DNA of 64,000 nucleotides from Octopus bimaculoides. Taxonomy: Eukaryota. The notes under the pieces were generated by a model that made no database searches, was not told where the DNA came from, and worked only from the letters and a program-made list of their open reading frames with translations. Position numbers and translations under genes: made by a program. Location: the NCBI RefSeq assembly GCF_001194135.2, contig NC_068986.1, positions 72,655,471 through 72,719,470 on the forward strand, given 5' to 3'. Shown in pieces: positions 61,740-64,000 of the stretch; positions within the stretch are counted from its first letter, which is position 1; each line of letters begins with the position of its first letter.

Positions 61740-63200
61740 TGCCCTGCCCTATGTACGAGAGTAAAAGGTTATGGGCGGGTGCTTCCATACAATTTCTGCT
61801 TCCCTTTTGCCACATTCTCCATCCACATTAAGTGATCGGCATTTCTTTATATTACTGTCCTTATTCATATGCATCTCGTAGCACAATCTTTCTTGCACAC
61901 TACATCTAAATCCTCTTATGCTCAGTTTTTCTCTCAACAGATTTATACTTTGTTTACATTTCATTGCACATCCATCAAAATATACTATCTTCATTTCTTT
62001 TTAATCTTTTCAAGTCCTTTGCATTTAAGGCCCATGTCTCACCACCATACAGCATTGCAGTTCTAATACAAGCAAACAATCTGCTTTTCACGCTGAGGGA
62101 AAATACCTTTGTTGCCAGTAGTAGTAATAGCTTTCTAAACTTTTTCCAACCCATTCTTACTTTGGCTATTATTCTTTCAGAGCAACCATCTCCCTCACTA
62201 ATTACATCCCCTAAATAATGAAATCTGTTTACTTCTACTGAACCAGCCAAGCATTTAAGAGAATGTATTGCAAGGTTGCTTACAGTGCATACTGCTCCAG
62301 TACACCTGTCTCATATGAAGCTTACTTTCTTTGTTAGTCTACCTGTGATTCTACTCCACCTTTTATTGCTTATATTGAGTACAATATACAGAGTTTATAC
62401 CTACTCCTTTTCTGCATGTCAAGCAAGTCATTTCTCTGAACATATCAGGCTCTTGCCTTCTTTCCTTCTTGCTAAGTTTACCTTGAAGCCTCCCAATTCT
62501 AGGTTTAGCTTTCATACCTAGAATTTCCTCTTTAATTTCACTATAGTGAATTAAATCATCAACATAGAGACTTCCAAAGGACAGCCAAGTTTAAACACCT
62601 CTGTGATGGCCTGTAGAGCTATGATGAATTGGAGCAGACTTCTACCTTCATGCTAAATTTGTCACTGAAATTGTTGACTGACTTTTTGTACCTTTGTACA
62701 TAGAGTGTATACCCCTCACAAGCCATTCATCTACGTCTTGTTTCCTCAATGACCAAAACACCTTCATCAAGTCAATGGATGCCAGGAATCGTGGCTTACT
62801 CTTAATCAAGTAACTCTGCAGTTTCCTCTGTAAGAAGATTGCATCTGTGGTATCTCTTCCTTGTACAAAGCCAAATTCCATTTTGTCTAAGTCTACTTGT
62901 CATGGATCAATTGTGCTATGACACTCCTCTTTGTGACCTTCATAACTGAATTCAGTAGTTTGATTCCTCTATAATATTCTCTCAGTAAGGCATCTTCTTT
63001 GCCTTTGTAACAGTTTATGATGATATTGTTCTGCCAACAATTCAGTATGACACCTTCATGTATAACTTAATTTAGCTATCCAAAAGGTAATTATGTATCC
63101 TACTTCACCAGATATTTTGAACATCTCCATAACTACCTGTGGTGAGCCTACAGCTTTCCTTCCCTTTGTATCCTTAACTATTTATCTACCACACTGCTGT
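61740..63200 (-). mobile_element. Decayed RTE-clade LINE of the same family as 1253-3923
   Basis: FGFVQGRDTTDAI, RFHYLGDVISEGDGCSE..RMGWKKF, AMLYGGETWAL and KKCRSLNVDG, plus a decayed Cys/His finger at ~62290-62430. Confidence 0.88.
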
Positions 63201-63758
63201 TATTTTGAATTACAAGTCCCCCTGCAGGTTCTTGGCATTTGATAATTTTCTTTACTGTCACTCTCTTTCTGAGTTTTCCAAGCCTTTCTCTTAACCTTTA
63301 CTACCCAATCAGTTGTGTCGTTCCACCGCCACAACCTTCAGGCATTGCTCCAACTCCTTGTCTGATCTGTAACTCTAAGCAGGTCATCATCTATACTGTA
63401 GATATTCAAATTTTTTTCTCCCCAGTCATGCATTGATTGGAATTTCTCTAAACCTATTCCAGTTGCAGAATCTTTTCATTTTTATATCTTCCTTCTCTAT
63501 GTCAACTTCTTGTGTCTGCCTAGCTCTGAAATCATTAGCTACAAGTCCATGTTGTAGTTTTCACCAGGAAAGGTATTGATATTTACAATAGCGCTTCTGC
63601 TCCTGCTTTCTGGTGGTGAAATGGTTGGTTGGCTCAAAATGTTACAAATTGTTAGATCAGTTGATTCACTGAACTCAGAAGCCTCACACCCTCTTCCATT
63701 CTTGAACTATATCCCTAGCTGCTTTGTATATCACAGAAGCCATCATTGTGTTGGCCAA

Positions 63759-64000
63759 CATCATCATCATCATCATCATCGTTTAACGTCCGCTTTCCAT
63801 GCTAGCATGGGTTGGACGATTTGACTGAGGACTGGTGAAACCGGATGGCAACACCAGGCTCCAGTCTGATATGGCAGAGTTTCTACAGCTGGATGCCCTT
63901 CCTAACGCCAACCACTCAGAGAGTGTAGTGGGTGCTTTTACGTGTCACCCGCACGAAAACGGCCACGCTCGAAATGGTGTCTTTTATGTGCCACCCGCAC
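63759..64000 (-). mobile_element. Young family B retroposon 3' end (runs off the window)
   Basis: (CAT)n followed by CGTTTAACGTCCGCTTTCCATGCTAGCATGGGTTGGACGATTTGACTGAGG; near-identical to 24040-24230. Confidence 0.9.

Overview
AT-rich, repeat-dense eukaryotic genomic DNA with five N-gaps. It is most likely octopus or another coleoid cephalopod, inferred from the SINE/RTE repertoire and microsatellite density rather than from a database match. Three spliced genes are visible. (1) + strand: the 3' six coding exons of a FEZ1/FEZ2/UNC-76 kinesin-1 adaptor gene (9928-42740), ending VLCPT*; its 5' exons lie outside the window. (2) - strand, convergent with FEZ: a compact SRSF4/5/6 (B52/SRp55-like) splicing factor gene (about 50338-55816) with two RRMs, an RS domain and the human SRSF5 intron layout; its stop codon falls in a gap. 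(3) + strand: a probable first coding exon of an unidentified gene (58977-59147), divergent from the SRSF gene across a CpG-retaining interval. The FEZ introns hold decayed RTE LINEs (one with a PHD-type finger), an R4/Dong-like LINE sitting in a (TAA)n tract, Tc1/mariner remnants, TTAA-flanked MITEs, several SINE families and microsatellites. The strongest lead is a GC/CpG-rich, splice-site-bounded candidate poison exon in the oversized SRSF intron after the SSRVSWQ exon, with RNA-structure elements nearby. Next come a ~220-bp inverted MITE pair just downstream of a FEZ exon (a predicted long dsRNA) and a 178-bp near-identical copy of the FEZ 3' UTR.
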